A stretch of 64,000 nucleotides of DNA. Source: Basidiobolus meristosporus CBS 931.73. Lineage: Eukaryota; Fungi; Basidiobolomycota. Every line of letters begins with the position of its first letter. Positions within the stretch are counted from its first letter, which is position 1. The stretch is from positions 22,687 to 86,686 of the forward strand of contig MCFE01000367.1 of assembly GCA_002104905.1 (NCBI GenBank), written 5' to 3'. Of this stretch, positions 24,912 through 37,677 are shown piece by piece. Both the position numbers and the translations under genes were made by a program. The notes under the pieces were generated by a model. It made no database searches. It was not told the DNA's origin and saw nothing but the letters and a program-made list of their open reading frames with translations.

Positions 24912-25721
24912 ACTGACTACAATCACGCAAGCAGCTAAGATGATAGTCAGCAAGGAAGTAGTGTAGGTGTGCCAAGTAAACTGGAAATCAATGGTGAACA
25001 AGTATTTTATGTGATTTTCACCTAATGATATATTGAGTGTAAAGTAGTATTTATACTTTTACATGCTCTTGGTATAACAAGCATGTAGAATAGGTTAAGG
25101 AAGGTCCCAAGAGCATTTGTGCATAGTTTGGGGCTGTTTGGACAACTTTGAGAATTTTCATGTTCTGGGTACTTGGTATTGTGGTGAAAATATTATAGGT
25201 GGAATTACAAACTTCCACAACACTCCCACTCAGCAAAATGTTCATACTGACTAGTTCTAATTTTGACCTAAGATATTCAAACTTGCCTTTAGCTAATGGC
25301 TTGACAAATGTGTCTGCAATCATTTCATATGAAGGACAGTCAACTAAGTTAAGCTTTTCTCTATTGCTTCATGTATGAAATGATGTCCAGTTTCTATGTG
25401 CTTGGCTCTAGCATGTAAAGTTGGATTTCTACCTAGTTGTATACATCCTTGATTATTTTGAAATAAGGTAATAGTCATTTTTGACATAGGCCTAAATCTG
25501 TAAAAAGCTTTCTTAACCATATTACTTCTTTGTAGCTTCACAGGCTCCCATATAATCTGTGTCTGTGGTAGAAAGTGCTACAGATGGTTGCTTTCTTTAA
25601 TCATGAAAATACTCCTTTCAGAAATGAAAGGTGTATGCTGTGATGGATCTTCTGTCTTCCAGATTTTGCCCCCAATCAGCATCAGATTATCTCACTAGAT
25701 CCTGTTCTGAATCCTTATAAG

Positions 25722-26090
25722 TGTTGAAATATTGGACTATTTGGTATCATTCAGCAGCTAAAAATTTACCGCACAATTCTAGACTAGTCTTTGTCACTGT
25801 AGGACTCATTTACTGCCTTAACTTTGCCACTTTCTCCTGATATATGATCTTATGATTATTCCCATATAGTCAGGATCAAATTAGCACTATTGCCAAACAT
25901 TATGAACTAACCCTGAAACTGTTACAGAATGTTCCTGAATATTGAGACACCCTCCCTACTTAGTGTTACAGCTGTATTACTTCTACAAAGGTATAAATAC
26001 TGAGCGTCTTTATGAATAAACCACAGTTCAACTATTATCACTATTTCTTTATAAGTTCCCTATATCCAAATCACTTCTTAAATTGCAACA
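25722..26090 (+). mobile_element. Solo LTR of copia family A
   Basis: TGTTG...CAACA; perfect 5-bp TSD ATAAG (25717-25721, 26091-26095); the empty-site paralogue has one ATAAG at 45721-45725. Confidence 0.96.
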
Positions 26091-29000
26091 ATAAGTGTAT
26101 CTTAGGCAAGTATCAGCAGTTCCTTTTAGGTATTAAAAATCCGCTTAACTGCTGCAATATGATCAGATCCATAGTTCTGATTATGTTGGCTGACAACTCC
26201 CACAGAATATGAGATATCTGGACTTGTTCCCAAGCATGTTATACAACATGCTGCCAACCATAGAGTGATAAGGAATGTCAGGGCTTTCAGAGGGCACCAA
26301 GCTCTCTTGATTTGGTTGAGTTTTGATCAAGTTAAGGTTTGTCTCCATTGGGGTAGCTGCAGGTCTACAGTCTTCCATTTGTTACTTCTTTAGTATATCT
26401 TGTGTATACTAGGATGGGCTTAGAGTGTTTGACTGGATACTTCTATCAATGGAGAACTTAATCCCTGAGTAGCAATTAATTAATCCCTTAGTAGCAACTG
26501 AGTTCTCCCAGATTGGACATCTTGAACTCCTTAAACAGGCTGGATTTAGTCTCTTCCAATGTTGCTAGGTTACTGGTGGCTTTAATAAGATCATCCGCAT
26601 ATAGCGCTAATAGCACCGGATTTGCTCTATCTGGCTTATAGTATACACTATAGTCAGCATTACTCCTTTTGAACTCAAAGATTCCAAATAAGCATCTATC
26701 TTGCAATTCCAAGCTCATGGTGATTATTTAAGACCTTGTAGAGACTTTTTAAGCTAGCAGACCAAATGGGGGTTATCTTGGTCAACAAACACATCTGGCT
26801 GGTCATGCAAGCATCCTCATCAAGTTCTTTATTCAAAAATGCAGTTTTACATCCATTTGTTAAATAAAAATCTTATATTAGACTGCAATAACTAATATTA
26901 ATCTGATAGGATTAAACTTGGCAACCAGTGCAAAGGTCTCAGTATAGTCAAGTCCTTTTGTTAGAGAATGTTCTTTGGCCATAAGTCTTGCTTTGCATCT
27001 TTCAATTGTACCATCAGCCTTGTATTTTGTCTTGAAGACCCATCTGCATCCAATTGATTTTTGGTTGATTGGTAATTTGACTAAGTCCCAAGTTTGATTT
27101 CCATCAGGGCCTGATATTCCTTAGTCATTGCCAATCTCCAAAACTTTGTCTGAGGGCTATATAGTGCCTCTTTTACAGTCTGGGGCTTGTCAAAATGGAC
27201 TGAATAGGAATAGGCTCAGTTTGTACCCTCATTGATTTAGTGATTTGGGCTATTTCTTGTCCAGTTGGATCTCATGGCATTTGATACTGGAGTGATCACT
27301 ACTGGGATATTCCTGGGCACTAATCCCAGCTAAACCATACTTGCAGAGTCCTCTAGAGTGAAAAGTTCTCATTTTTTTGCTCTGATTCAATCATAACTAT
27401 TGGTAGACTTGAGATCAAATATTTGTCATCATCTGATGTCATTTTTAGTAAGAATTTCAACTTTCTTCATACAACCCATCCCTGGACTTAATCAGCTTCT
27501 TTGCTTTGGTATTGCAGAGTCAGTATGCCTTACTCTCATTGCAGTAGCTCAAAAATATGTGTTTTACACATTTTGCCTCAAATTTTGACTGATTTCCAGG
27601 CAGTTTCTTTGCATATGCTGTACACCCAAATAATCTTAGATGTTCTGCACTTGGTCTGTACCAATGCCATGCTTCAAATGCAGTAGAATCAAAGAGTATT
27701 CCATTAGATCTCCTATTTCAGGGGTCTACAGGAGTAGCCACTAATTCCGCCTAAAAATCATAGGATAATTTTTGATCATATATAATAGATGTTGCAATAT
27801 GAGTTATTGATCTGTTAGCATGTTCTGCTACACCATTTTGCTGTGGGGAGTATGGTACAGTAGTGTCTTGCTTTATCCCATGAACTTTGCAGCAGCAAAT
27901 GTAGAGTTTAGAGGTATATTCTCCACCATTGTCAGGGCATATTTTCTTGATTTGTTCACCAGTTTCACTCTCCACCATGGCTTTGAACTCTCTGAGCTTA
28001 GACAGAGCTTCTCCCTTTCTCTCCATGAAGTAAACCCATGTGTATCTTGTATAATCATAAATAAAAGTGACCAAATATTTCATCCTGCCATAGGACAAAC
28101 TTACATAGGTCCGCACAGATCTAAGTGAATTACATCTCATCTTTTCTTAGTTTTGAGCAATCCAGAGCTCTTGAACAGTTGTCTGGCTTGATTCCCATAT
28201 ATGTAGGCTTCACAGTACTTCAAATTAGCTTTGGGATCAATTTTCACTATGGAAACTAGCTGATATTTGATTATTTTGTGCATATTATCATAGTTAATTT
28301 GCCTAATTCTCCTGTCCCAAAGCATTGATGTTTCTTCATTTAAGTTACTTATATTGGCTTCCAGATATGATGGAATATAAGTCAACTTGTATAGATCTTG
28401 ATCTTTGATAACCAGAGTAAAATGGGCACTATTTTGATTGGTGATCCTGCATCCAGAATTGTCAAAGCTGAAACTGAGTTCTTCTGCTACTGCCTTGCTT
28501 ACAGATAGTAGGTTCTTGACTATTTCTGGTACACAGAGTACTTCTTTAAAGATCAGTGTATGGCTTCCTTCACTGCTGCTAAGGTTCACCTGGATAGTTC
28601 CTTCTCCCATTGCATCATGTGTTCTAGTGTCATCTATGAAAACCTTCTTGAATGGAATTTCCAGATATTGGGTAAAAAGTTCATTTTGGTGTGTCAAGTT
28701 TTAAATGCTCCAGAGTCAAAATACCATGTCTGAGAATTCTTGTTTGTGGTCATATTTAGCGCAGATATGAATAGTCTATCTTCAGTTGTTGCAGCATTTC
28801 CATATTCAGGCTTCTTTTGTTGATTATCTCTCTTTACAAGACACCACTCTGATGTATGTCCTTTCCTTTTGCAGTAGTTGCAAACAGGTTGCTGTTGCCT
28901 TTGTAGGGTCTTGGGTACCTTCATTGTTGCTTATCATTGCTTATTAAAGTATTTTCTTCTTCCTTCTAATTGGCACTGGATTTTCTTAACTCATCATCCA

Positions 29001-29574
29001 GGAGCCTTCCATGAATGTAATTTAAGGTCAAATATTTTGTTCTGGACTCTAGGGCCAGTACAAGGCCCTGAAGCTTGTCTGTCAGGGTATTCAGAATAGT
29101 AACTATCATATCCTCATCAGTAGTTGGTATGTCCACAGACTCCATTTCATCTACCAGCAGGGTAATTCTGTTGATTAGATTTTTTGTTTCTTCTCCTGGC
29201 TACATCTTTGTAGTAAGGAATTTTTGTCTCAGATATATTTTCTTAGCTGCTGAACATGACTGGTAGGTATCTTCCAAAGCCTTCAAGGCATTCTTTGCTG
29301 TTTTTGCCCTTGAGCATTGAGTTAGCAACTTGTCTTTAACATTACAGCAAATGCAGTTAAAGGCACTTAGTTCATTTGTCTGGTACTTTAAGGATTCCTC
29401 TTCCACATTTCTAGGAGGGCATTCTTCCCCATGACAATATTCCAAAGGCATCTTTCTTGTGGCAGCATCATCATCTTCACCTTCCGCACTTGGTAGTTGA
29501 GTCTATCCAGCTTTTCAGCACAGGGAAGAATTTCAGTAATAGCAGTAGTAGACATTGCAGAGAGTGACATCTTG

Positions 29575-29586
29575 GGGCTCATAACC
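29575..29586 (-). promoter_or_regulatory. Copia-C primer-binding site, half-tRNA-iMet type (GGTTATGAGCCC)
   Basis: Abuts the 5' LTR with no gap; complementary to GGGCTCATAACC, the anticodon arm of initiator tRNA-Met. Variants at 49190-49201 and 53309-53320. Confidence 0.85.
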
Positions 29587-29934
29587 TGTTGTAAGAGTGT
29601 TGGAGATATTGGAAGTGGTTTGGGAGAACTAGTAGATTTAGTGGTCATCACTTGATGATTTATTGATTGTAAATGTAATATTGATACTTTAGCATGGTCT
29701 TGACATAACAAACATAGAAATCAGGTTAAGGAAGGTCCCAAGAACATGTTTGCAAAGTTTGGGGCTGTTTGGACAACTTTGAGAATTTTCATGTTCTGGG
29801 TACCTAGTATTTTGGTGAAAATGCGCTGTAAATCCCAACAAGGAATTTGGTCAGTATTCTCTAGGATTTGAAGGTAATGATCTAAGTGACTAAGCTAGGT
29901 GAAGATTTTGGTGGAATTACAATCTTTTACAACA

Positions 29935-31700
29935 TTTTGAGCCTAATATCAAGTATATTAGTGAAAGCTATACCTTCTATCAGTATATCAAACGCCCAAT
30001 AAACTATTTCAGTGTTAGCATACTGAAAGCTGTTGTATATTGTTGATTAGCCTCTACATTGTAGAACAAGACCCAAACTAATCATAATACAATACAACAG
30101 ATCCTGATGGCTCATCTGGATTGGATCCACCTGTAGGACCAAGTTATTGCTCTTAAGGTATTAAAGGAATGTTTGCCGTAACCCAGTCAGTATCTTGCAG
30201 GGTGAGACTTGTGGCAAAGGAAGGCTTTTCACTAATACAATATCTCAAAACCAATATTGCACTGATTTCTTTAGTTTGCATTTGCTATTGCAACACACAA
30301 ATGAATGATAAGGATATTCCTACTTTGAAGGATAAAAGCTCAAGACCCTGAAAAGCAATCCACCCATGAATAATATGTCATGCAGAACACACTGTAGCTA
30401 ACGCATGTTTTAAATTTAGCTCATTTGAAGCAGTACATATGGAGTTATGATCCAGAGAGTTCAATTACCATTTAAAATAGGCCTCTATTGCAAGGATTAC
30501 TATGGTGACTTTGATTTCATATAGCTTTTGGACCAGCCATTCAAATCATTTGAAATAATCATAGGTGTTTGTCAATCTCCAATTTGCACCACTGCAAAAT
30601 TTTAGCTTTGTATCACATTTATTGCTTGCCCAATTGCCCAAAAACTTTGAACATTCAGAATTTCCATATATATGACTTCCCAAGCTGAAAAATAAAATGA
30701 GATCCTCTCTTTCCAAAATCTCCACACTACAATTACAAGCTTAAAGGTTATAGGACTTCCCCAGCATCACCTGCACTGTTAAATATTTTGACTTTGATTA
30801 GCACAACATCAGCCAGTGACTGTAAAGCCCACATGAACCTGATCGAAGTTCTACAAGAAAACTATTACTTTTCTGTTGGAAAAGTCTCACTGAGAAGCCC
30901 ATTACTCTTAAGACACCCCTTTAGGTTAAAGGGGAGTTCAGACTTCCCATATGAGGAAATATATTCCCACAAGGGAAAGTGACTTTCAAATAAGAAAAAG
31001 TTACTATAAAAATAAATAAGCCCAATAGCTGACAGAAGGTCAGAACACTGCAGCACAAGTGTGAAATACTGCATACAGTATATTTTGAGCCTAATACTGA
31101 GGATATTGGTGAAAGATATATCTTCAATCAATATATCAAGCTTCCAATAAACTATTGTGGTATTAGCGTACTTGAAGCTGTTGTATATTGTTTGTTGGCC
31201 TCTGCATTATAGAACAAGCCTCAAGCTAATCATAATACAACACAGCAGACACAGAGGCAGAAGTCTAGCCCAATTGGTGTCTGGGCCTAGCTGGTGTGCA
31301 GATAGGTTGTGACTAAACTTGTAAAGAAGCTCAATGGGATTCTTTATTGCATTGGCTCCTGAAGTATAAAGATGGAAGAGTCCTGAGACAACCACCAGAG
31401 CAGGTCTAGTAGGAAGTGTAGATCTGGATGATCCAAAGGCAGGATTTCTTAGTGGCTGATGCAGAGCAAGACTTGGCGGACTCTCAGTGCTGTCAAATAC
31501 TTTTTCAACATTCTCCATGGCTTCTTTGATTATTCCAATTTCAGCTTGGTTACTACATGTAACTTCAAGGAGTTCATCTGTACAACAATTGTTGGATCAT
31601 CTCTTAGCAAGCTTTGAGTGCGTCAGTACCAAGGTGTTTCTTTCATACATGAAGTTTTCAAGCTACTTGCTAAGTTATTCCTTATTTCTTTGAGCTTCTT
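29935..31700 (-). mobile_element. Unclassified degenerate repeat, possibly a retroelement gag-like region
   Basis: Direct repeat about 29935-30110 versus 31083-31258; translation LYKFSHNLSAHQLGPDTNWARLLPLCL (31207-31518) is gag-like by eye only; CpG-depleted like the flanking TEs. Confidence 0.3.
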
Positions 31701-32374
31701 GCAACATGGGAAGATTTAGATTACTTGCCGATGAGTGCATCTTGTAAAGCAGTTGAATATATTGGAACTCAATGCAAAAGATATTGTATACAAGAGGAAA
31801 GCTTAATAAAACTCCTGAATGGACTAACTGAACCAAAGGACAGTTAAGTGCAGAATTTTGGAATTGTCAGAGTGTGGCAGAAATATTGGCAGAGAGATTC
31901 TGATCTAATATGAGTGTTAAATTTAGATGGGCTTGGCTATAAAGGCAACAGAGTTGGTTTGCTAGACAGGCTGGGCTTGGTGCTATGGGAGTGCTAGATA
32001 TACTAAGCTTAGATAGAAACTAGAACAAAATTGCAGAATTCTTAATTTTGCTGAGACACACACTAAGCTTAAAGTCTCAGTAAACCTTTTTATACTTTTC
32101 TGATCATGATGAGTTAGTATGCCCCAAGAGACTGGATTCATGGAAACCAGCTAGGGTATGGTTAGGTAAATAAGATAAATGAAATTGCATCATCATTCAA
32201 CTTATGTCTTGGCAACTGTTAAGTGGTTGGATAGATCTCATATGACTAGTCACTTGGAAAGGCTTAGCAGATCAATTGTCTGGGATTAGTTATTTCTTGG
32301 TCAGGGAAAAGCAGTTGGAGCACTACATTTTCCAATGTAGTAAAATTGGCCAAGTCTTAAATGTTGAAGAGCAA

Positions 32375-33215
32375 CAGTTGCCACTGCTCTGTACCTTAAA
32401 AATAGGAGTTATAGCAGAGTACTTTGCAAATGTACTCCATTTGCGGCATGATATGGCTACAGACCAAGTGCAGAACATTTAAGAACATTTGGGTGTACAA
32501 CTGATCAAATCCAGAGATCTGTTGTTTCATGATAATTCAAAAATTTCAAAAAAAGGTTTTCAGAAGATGACAAAAATCTGATTTTAAGTTCACCAACAGT
32601 CACAATTGAGTCAGTGCAAAGCAATAAAGACTTTTCACTTCAGAGGACACCACAATCATGATTCAGCCTGAACCAGTTCCCAGGTATATTCCAGTAACAC
32701 AAATCAGCAGATCCAACCAGATCAGAAATAGACCAAATTGTTATTTCAATGAGAGTACAAGCTTTGCCTATGCCTATTCAGTCCATATTGATGAGCATCA
32801 GACAGTAATAATGGCCCTAAATAGCCCTCAGACAAAGTTTTGGAGACTTGCAATGTTTGAGCAGTATTACACTCTGATAGAAAATCAAATGTGGGACTTA
32901 GTCAAATCTCTAATCAAACAAAAATGAATTGGGTGCTGATAAGTCTTCAAGTCAAAATACAAGTCCAATTGTGCTATTGATAGATACAACAAAAGACCAA
33001 TGACAACAGGACACTCTTAAGCAAAAGGACTTGACCATAATGAGGCCTTTGCATCAGTAGCCAAGTTTAATTTCATTGGATTAATATTGGCTATTGCAGT
33101 TGAATAAATGTTCTTTATACATCATATAGATGCAAAAAATGCATTTTTGAATGAGGAACCTGATGAGGATTTGTACATGGACCAGCCTGATGGGTGTACT
33201 CACCAGAATAGCCCC
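32375..33215 (+). mobile_element. Copia family C internal fragment (integrase end to RT)
   Basis: Aligns with the reverse complement of about 46400-47370 (VATAVYLKNRSY, FWRLAM, QMWDLVK), with internal deletions and many stops. Confidence 0.8.
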
Positions 33216-33289
33216 CACTTGTTCTGCAAGCTTGAAGATCTCCACACAGTCTGAAGTAGGCATCATATAGTTAGAATTGCTTTGGGTAT

Positions 33290-35300
33290 TCCATATACAG
33301 TTTGAATCAATATATACAATGGCCTCCTGCCTACTAACCTCTGCAAATGCACACATCTATTGCAATTGACATACTTCTATCACCTCTGCCTACAGCTTTT
33401 TAGTGTGATACTTGCAAGGTTGCCAAATACCTTGTATTGCTGGTAGCATATACATCTTACAAACACATGCTTGATTGTTGCCACTCCTGCCATGAATACC
33501 TCCTGAATATCCACAAACAACCCACTCTGCAATGTTATGCCAATTGGTTTAAATTCCTCTGATATCCTAAAGGGCTTATTTAACCAGAAATGTCCCAAGT
33601 ACAACTTGTTCATCAGCTTAGAGAAGTGTTGAAGAGCAAATGCATTGCTCCCAGTGTAAAGCTTTTGTTCCAACAGATACCCTCTATTTTAAGTATCTCT
33701 GGTTTCCAATTAAATTCATATTTGGGACAATGACTGGTAGATTGCCAACTTTGCTGCAATTGCACAACAACTCCTCTATGTTCTCTCTGCAGGAATATGA
33801 TGTTCTTAGCATTGGTGCTTGGATAATAGCAATGTGTGTAAGTTATGGAGTATATTACTAGGATCTCACACATTGAACCACAATACTGTCCATTGTGCCA
33901 AGAAAAGCTGGCTATCTTGCTGATGGCTGGGTTACCTCCAATGCAGATAGCAAAATGCACTTTGATATGGTAACCATTTATTGCTATCCTGCTAGAAAGA
34001 ATACATAATTCATCCAGCAATGGATGCAGGTAGCTAATCAGGTTGGACAGTGATTTAGGCTCAGATACCAGTTAGACTGCTGTCAAACTTTGGCTTTGCT
34101 ACTGTAAGATAGGTGCAGATTCAGGCTGATGAGAATCAGCAGCCAGCAGTATGTGCCTGTAGAGTAATTTTTTAATACAAATCCATCAAGAGCCAAGGCA
34201 AAGGCATGGGCATATGTACCTTCAAAGTAGCCCTTACTTTTTAGCTGTTTGTAATGTTTACCATCAAATATAATAGATATGTTTATGCTTGACTCATACT
34301 GAGTGCAGTACTTTATAGCTTTGCAATATTTGTTGGACTGCATAAGCTTCTTTAGATGGGATTTTACTGGAATATATCTGGAGTGTGAACAATGTTTTCC
34401 CACAATGGTGGTGGATTCCTGACAAGTTGGACACCTTTCAATGGTGGCACTTTCTGATGTGAATACCATGCAACTGTTGAGATATTTTAGTATCAGAACA
34501 GTTTCTGGGTCATATGTTGCAAGCCACACAATGGTTGTCCATTTAAATCATGTACATGGCAAGTTGAATCCTGGATGATATTGGCAAGAAGTTGTGGTAA
34601 ATCCACAAAGCTCCCCTTACTGGTATTAGTGAACATGTGCCACTTCTCTAGCCACAACATCACATCATCCACCAGTAGATAGATTACTGGGCTCACTTGA
34701 CTCCATAAAGTATCCATTGTATTTTGTTTCACATGTGTAGTCTCATTTCATATTGACATTTTGCTAGGCACATGCTGGTTACTGTTATTAGGGGAGATAG
34801 GCTCAAAATCCATCAGTGAGCCTGCTTCTGCAGAGCTATCACTCTGCATGCCATATTCAGAAGGCTGGGCTGAGCCTAAAGGTGTCACAAACTCACCTGA
34901 CTCAGCTTGCGCAAGGCAAGAAGTACACTTAGGTGCTGTAATAAAAGTATCAGCTGACTGGGAAGATATTGTTGGTAGAGTAGTGACCAATAAATTGTCA
35001 AATATGACTTGTGAGGCAAATCACTGGCCATGATCCTTGTAATGCTTCCTATGCTGTCTGCATGCTTCATGGCTGAGAGGCATATTACAATAGCCACGCA
35101 GTCTTTTTCTCTTCTCATTCAGCATTAAATCAAAGTAATGTTGTCCATGCAGCAAACAGTTTGACACTTGACAATGTAATGCTATTGTACCATTTTTTTG
35201 TCTATACTCATGTGAGCTCAAGACAATCTTGTAATTGAGACATTGCACCTACATGAATGTAAGATTCAATGATGACCTGCCATAGTTAGAATTATAAAAA
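33290..35300 (-). mobile_element. Degenerate CACTA/EnSpm transposase region (Tnp2), DUF4218-like part deleted
   Basis: FALALDGF, YCWLLILISLN (34083-34529); IGGNPAISKIASFSWHNGQYCGSMCEI (33613-34020); parallel to 40250-43050. Confidence 0.88.
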
Positions 35301-37677
35301 AAGTTGTGGCACCACATACATGCATATATGTAGCATCATTTCTCCTTTGGTTGGACTCACTTCCATATATATGATGCCAAAAAATTAAGCAAAGTTGTCT
35401 GGTTCCCAACTAGACCCCACTGCGGACAGCAGCAGAAGAACAGTTGGACAACAGCTTGTTTTAACATTCAGTGCAACAAGCAGGGATACAACCAAAAAAG
35501 ACCATGTTGACAGTGTGCCCACTGTAGGTAATAATGTGGACTTCTCATGCTCTCAGTCAAGTAGGCAAATGATAATCTCTGCAAGGCCACAAGCTGACCA
35601 TAATACTCAGACAAATGAGAATGTTGCATATGCAGTACCCTTGGTTGAAGACCAGCAAGTGAGGGTAACAACATCACCACTACCTGTATTAGCAAGTATG
35701 TTGTTAGCCCATAACAATGCAATCATGAAGCAATTAGGTGCAATGGTGGATATGATGGATGCAATGGCCCAGAGAAATCAAGAAATAGTCCAGAAACAGG
35801 ATGAGCAGCTAATATGTGTAGAGCAATCATTATCCCATGTAGAGGACACAGTGTCTTTGCTGCAAAGGAGGAACTCAAGTAGCTCAATGTCACAGCCAAG
35901 TATTGAGTCATTTTCCAATGTAGCAGCAGAGGCGTACTGCTTAGTCTTTAGAGTACAACCACAGTACCCAAAGATAAAGCCTTCATATAAACCTATTACA
36001 GTATAGGAGGGAGAGGCTGTTGGAATATATCTAAACCTAAAAATTAAAAGACACCAAATATTTGTGAAGCTGCTGAGTGCAATGGTGATGGTGGGCTATT
36101 ATTCAATAGGTCAATAGAAGTCTAGCATGGCATCATCTTAAGGCCATCATACCATGGGACCATCAGGAGCTCAAGGCCAAGCAGAATATGCTTGACCTGT
36201 TCCATGAGCATTATTCTGGATTCAGGTAAGCAAGCAGATCTTGGGCCAGCATTGAAATGCCAAGAAAGCATCTCAAGAATAGCCAAGATTACCAACAGTA
36301 GAAGGACAAGGGTTCCATTGCTAAAAACTGGCAGCTTCCTCAAGAGTCCATCACCAGCGGAGCTGAAAGCTCCAAACAAGCAGCAAAGAATCATCAGAGA
36401 GACAGAATAGTGCAAGTAAGTGACAAGCAGGCAGAAACAGATGCATCAGTGCAGCATTTGTCAAGTAGAAAATATAGCTTGATACAAGTAGCACACAGTT
36501 GCAGTAGTAGTGAAGGACCTGGCAGTGATGAGAACCTGGAACTTTCTCAGGAGCCCATCACAAGCTGGGCTGGAAGTTCTAGACAAGAAGCAAAGAAACA
36601 TCAGGTTGCCAGAGGTGTGCCATCAAGGGACAAGCAGGCAAAGTGAATGAACCAGTGCAGCAACCATTAAGGAGAGAACAGAGTACCATACAAGAAGCAC
36701 CCAGTCAAAGTAGCAGTGAAAGACTTGGTGGTGACAAAGGTGAAGGTAAAGAGAAAATGGTCCACTCAATCTAGAGACAGGGATGTGTCAGAAAAATGCT
36801 GCAGTTCTCACAAATTTATGCTGTCAGCCCAGTACTGGCTGAATCCCATCATAGCCCAGAAGAATTACCAATAAGACAACAGCTGCTTTCTTAAAAGCTG
36901 GAAGTGCAGCCAGTGGACCTACACTCCGGTGAGGTAGATGAGTTTGCCATGAAAAGCAATTTGTCTACCACTGCCTCCATGTCCTCCATTGTAAACAGAG
37001 TGGAGATCTTGCTGACAGACAAAGCAACAATGCCTAGAACTCAAAAGACTATTGCAATGCCTACAGTGGAATTTGGAACATTAATAGGCAGACCAAGAGG
37101 TTGCAGCACTTTTCATGAGCAGTGCTCAGGAAAAATGCACTTGAATATTGCAAGGATTTATTGTCAAGACTGGGAGATGAGGTGCTATACCTTGCAGTGC
37201 TGACTGAGGACCAGAACATATGTGAACCAGTGAATCAGCAGCAGCATAAAGCTGCAGGGTTCCCACTAAAGTCATGGAAAAAGGGTGTTGTGGTGGTGTA
37301 TAAGTCCAAGGGAGAGATATGTCTAACACTTCTCAAGTGTTTTGTATGTGGGATGTTGACTGGGTGTGATAACCTCTGGCCAAAGCTTTCTAAGAATACT
37401 TAGGTACTGTCTCTACTCTAATGTGAGGGGGAATAAAGCTACAAGCCTGTCAAGGGAAAACTATTGAGCTACAATCCCTAACTTAGTTGGTATCTTAACA
37501 AAAGTGAAAGCTGGGTTCAGTATCCTCTGAGATGACAATGTACTAAAGCTTCCAAAGTCAAAACAATTGTACACTCCACCAGCAGAGACTTAATAAGAAT
37601 GCAGCTGTGGTCACTGTTACAAAGACAGAAAAGTATTCCTTCCTGTGCAACAAGCTTGGGAAAGAATCAAATATAAT

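Larger units (their letters stand above)
24995..29934 (-). mobile_element. Near full-length degenerate copia (family C), with a family A solo LTR inserted
   Basis: 5' LTR 29587-29934; PBS 29575-29586; gag, protease, integrase (27751-28140), RT and RNase H fragments parallel to 45229-49200; PPT GAGTGGGAG; truncated and internally deleted 3' LTR ending at 25222. Left boundary approximate. Confidence 0.93.
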
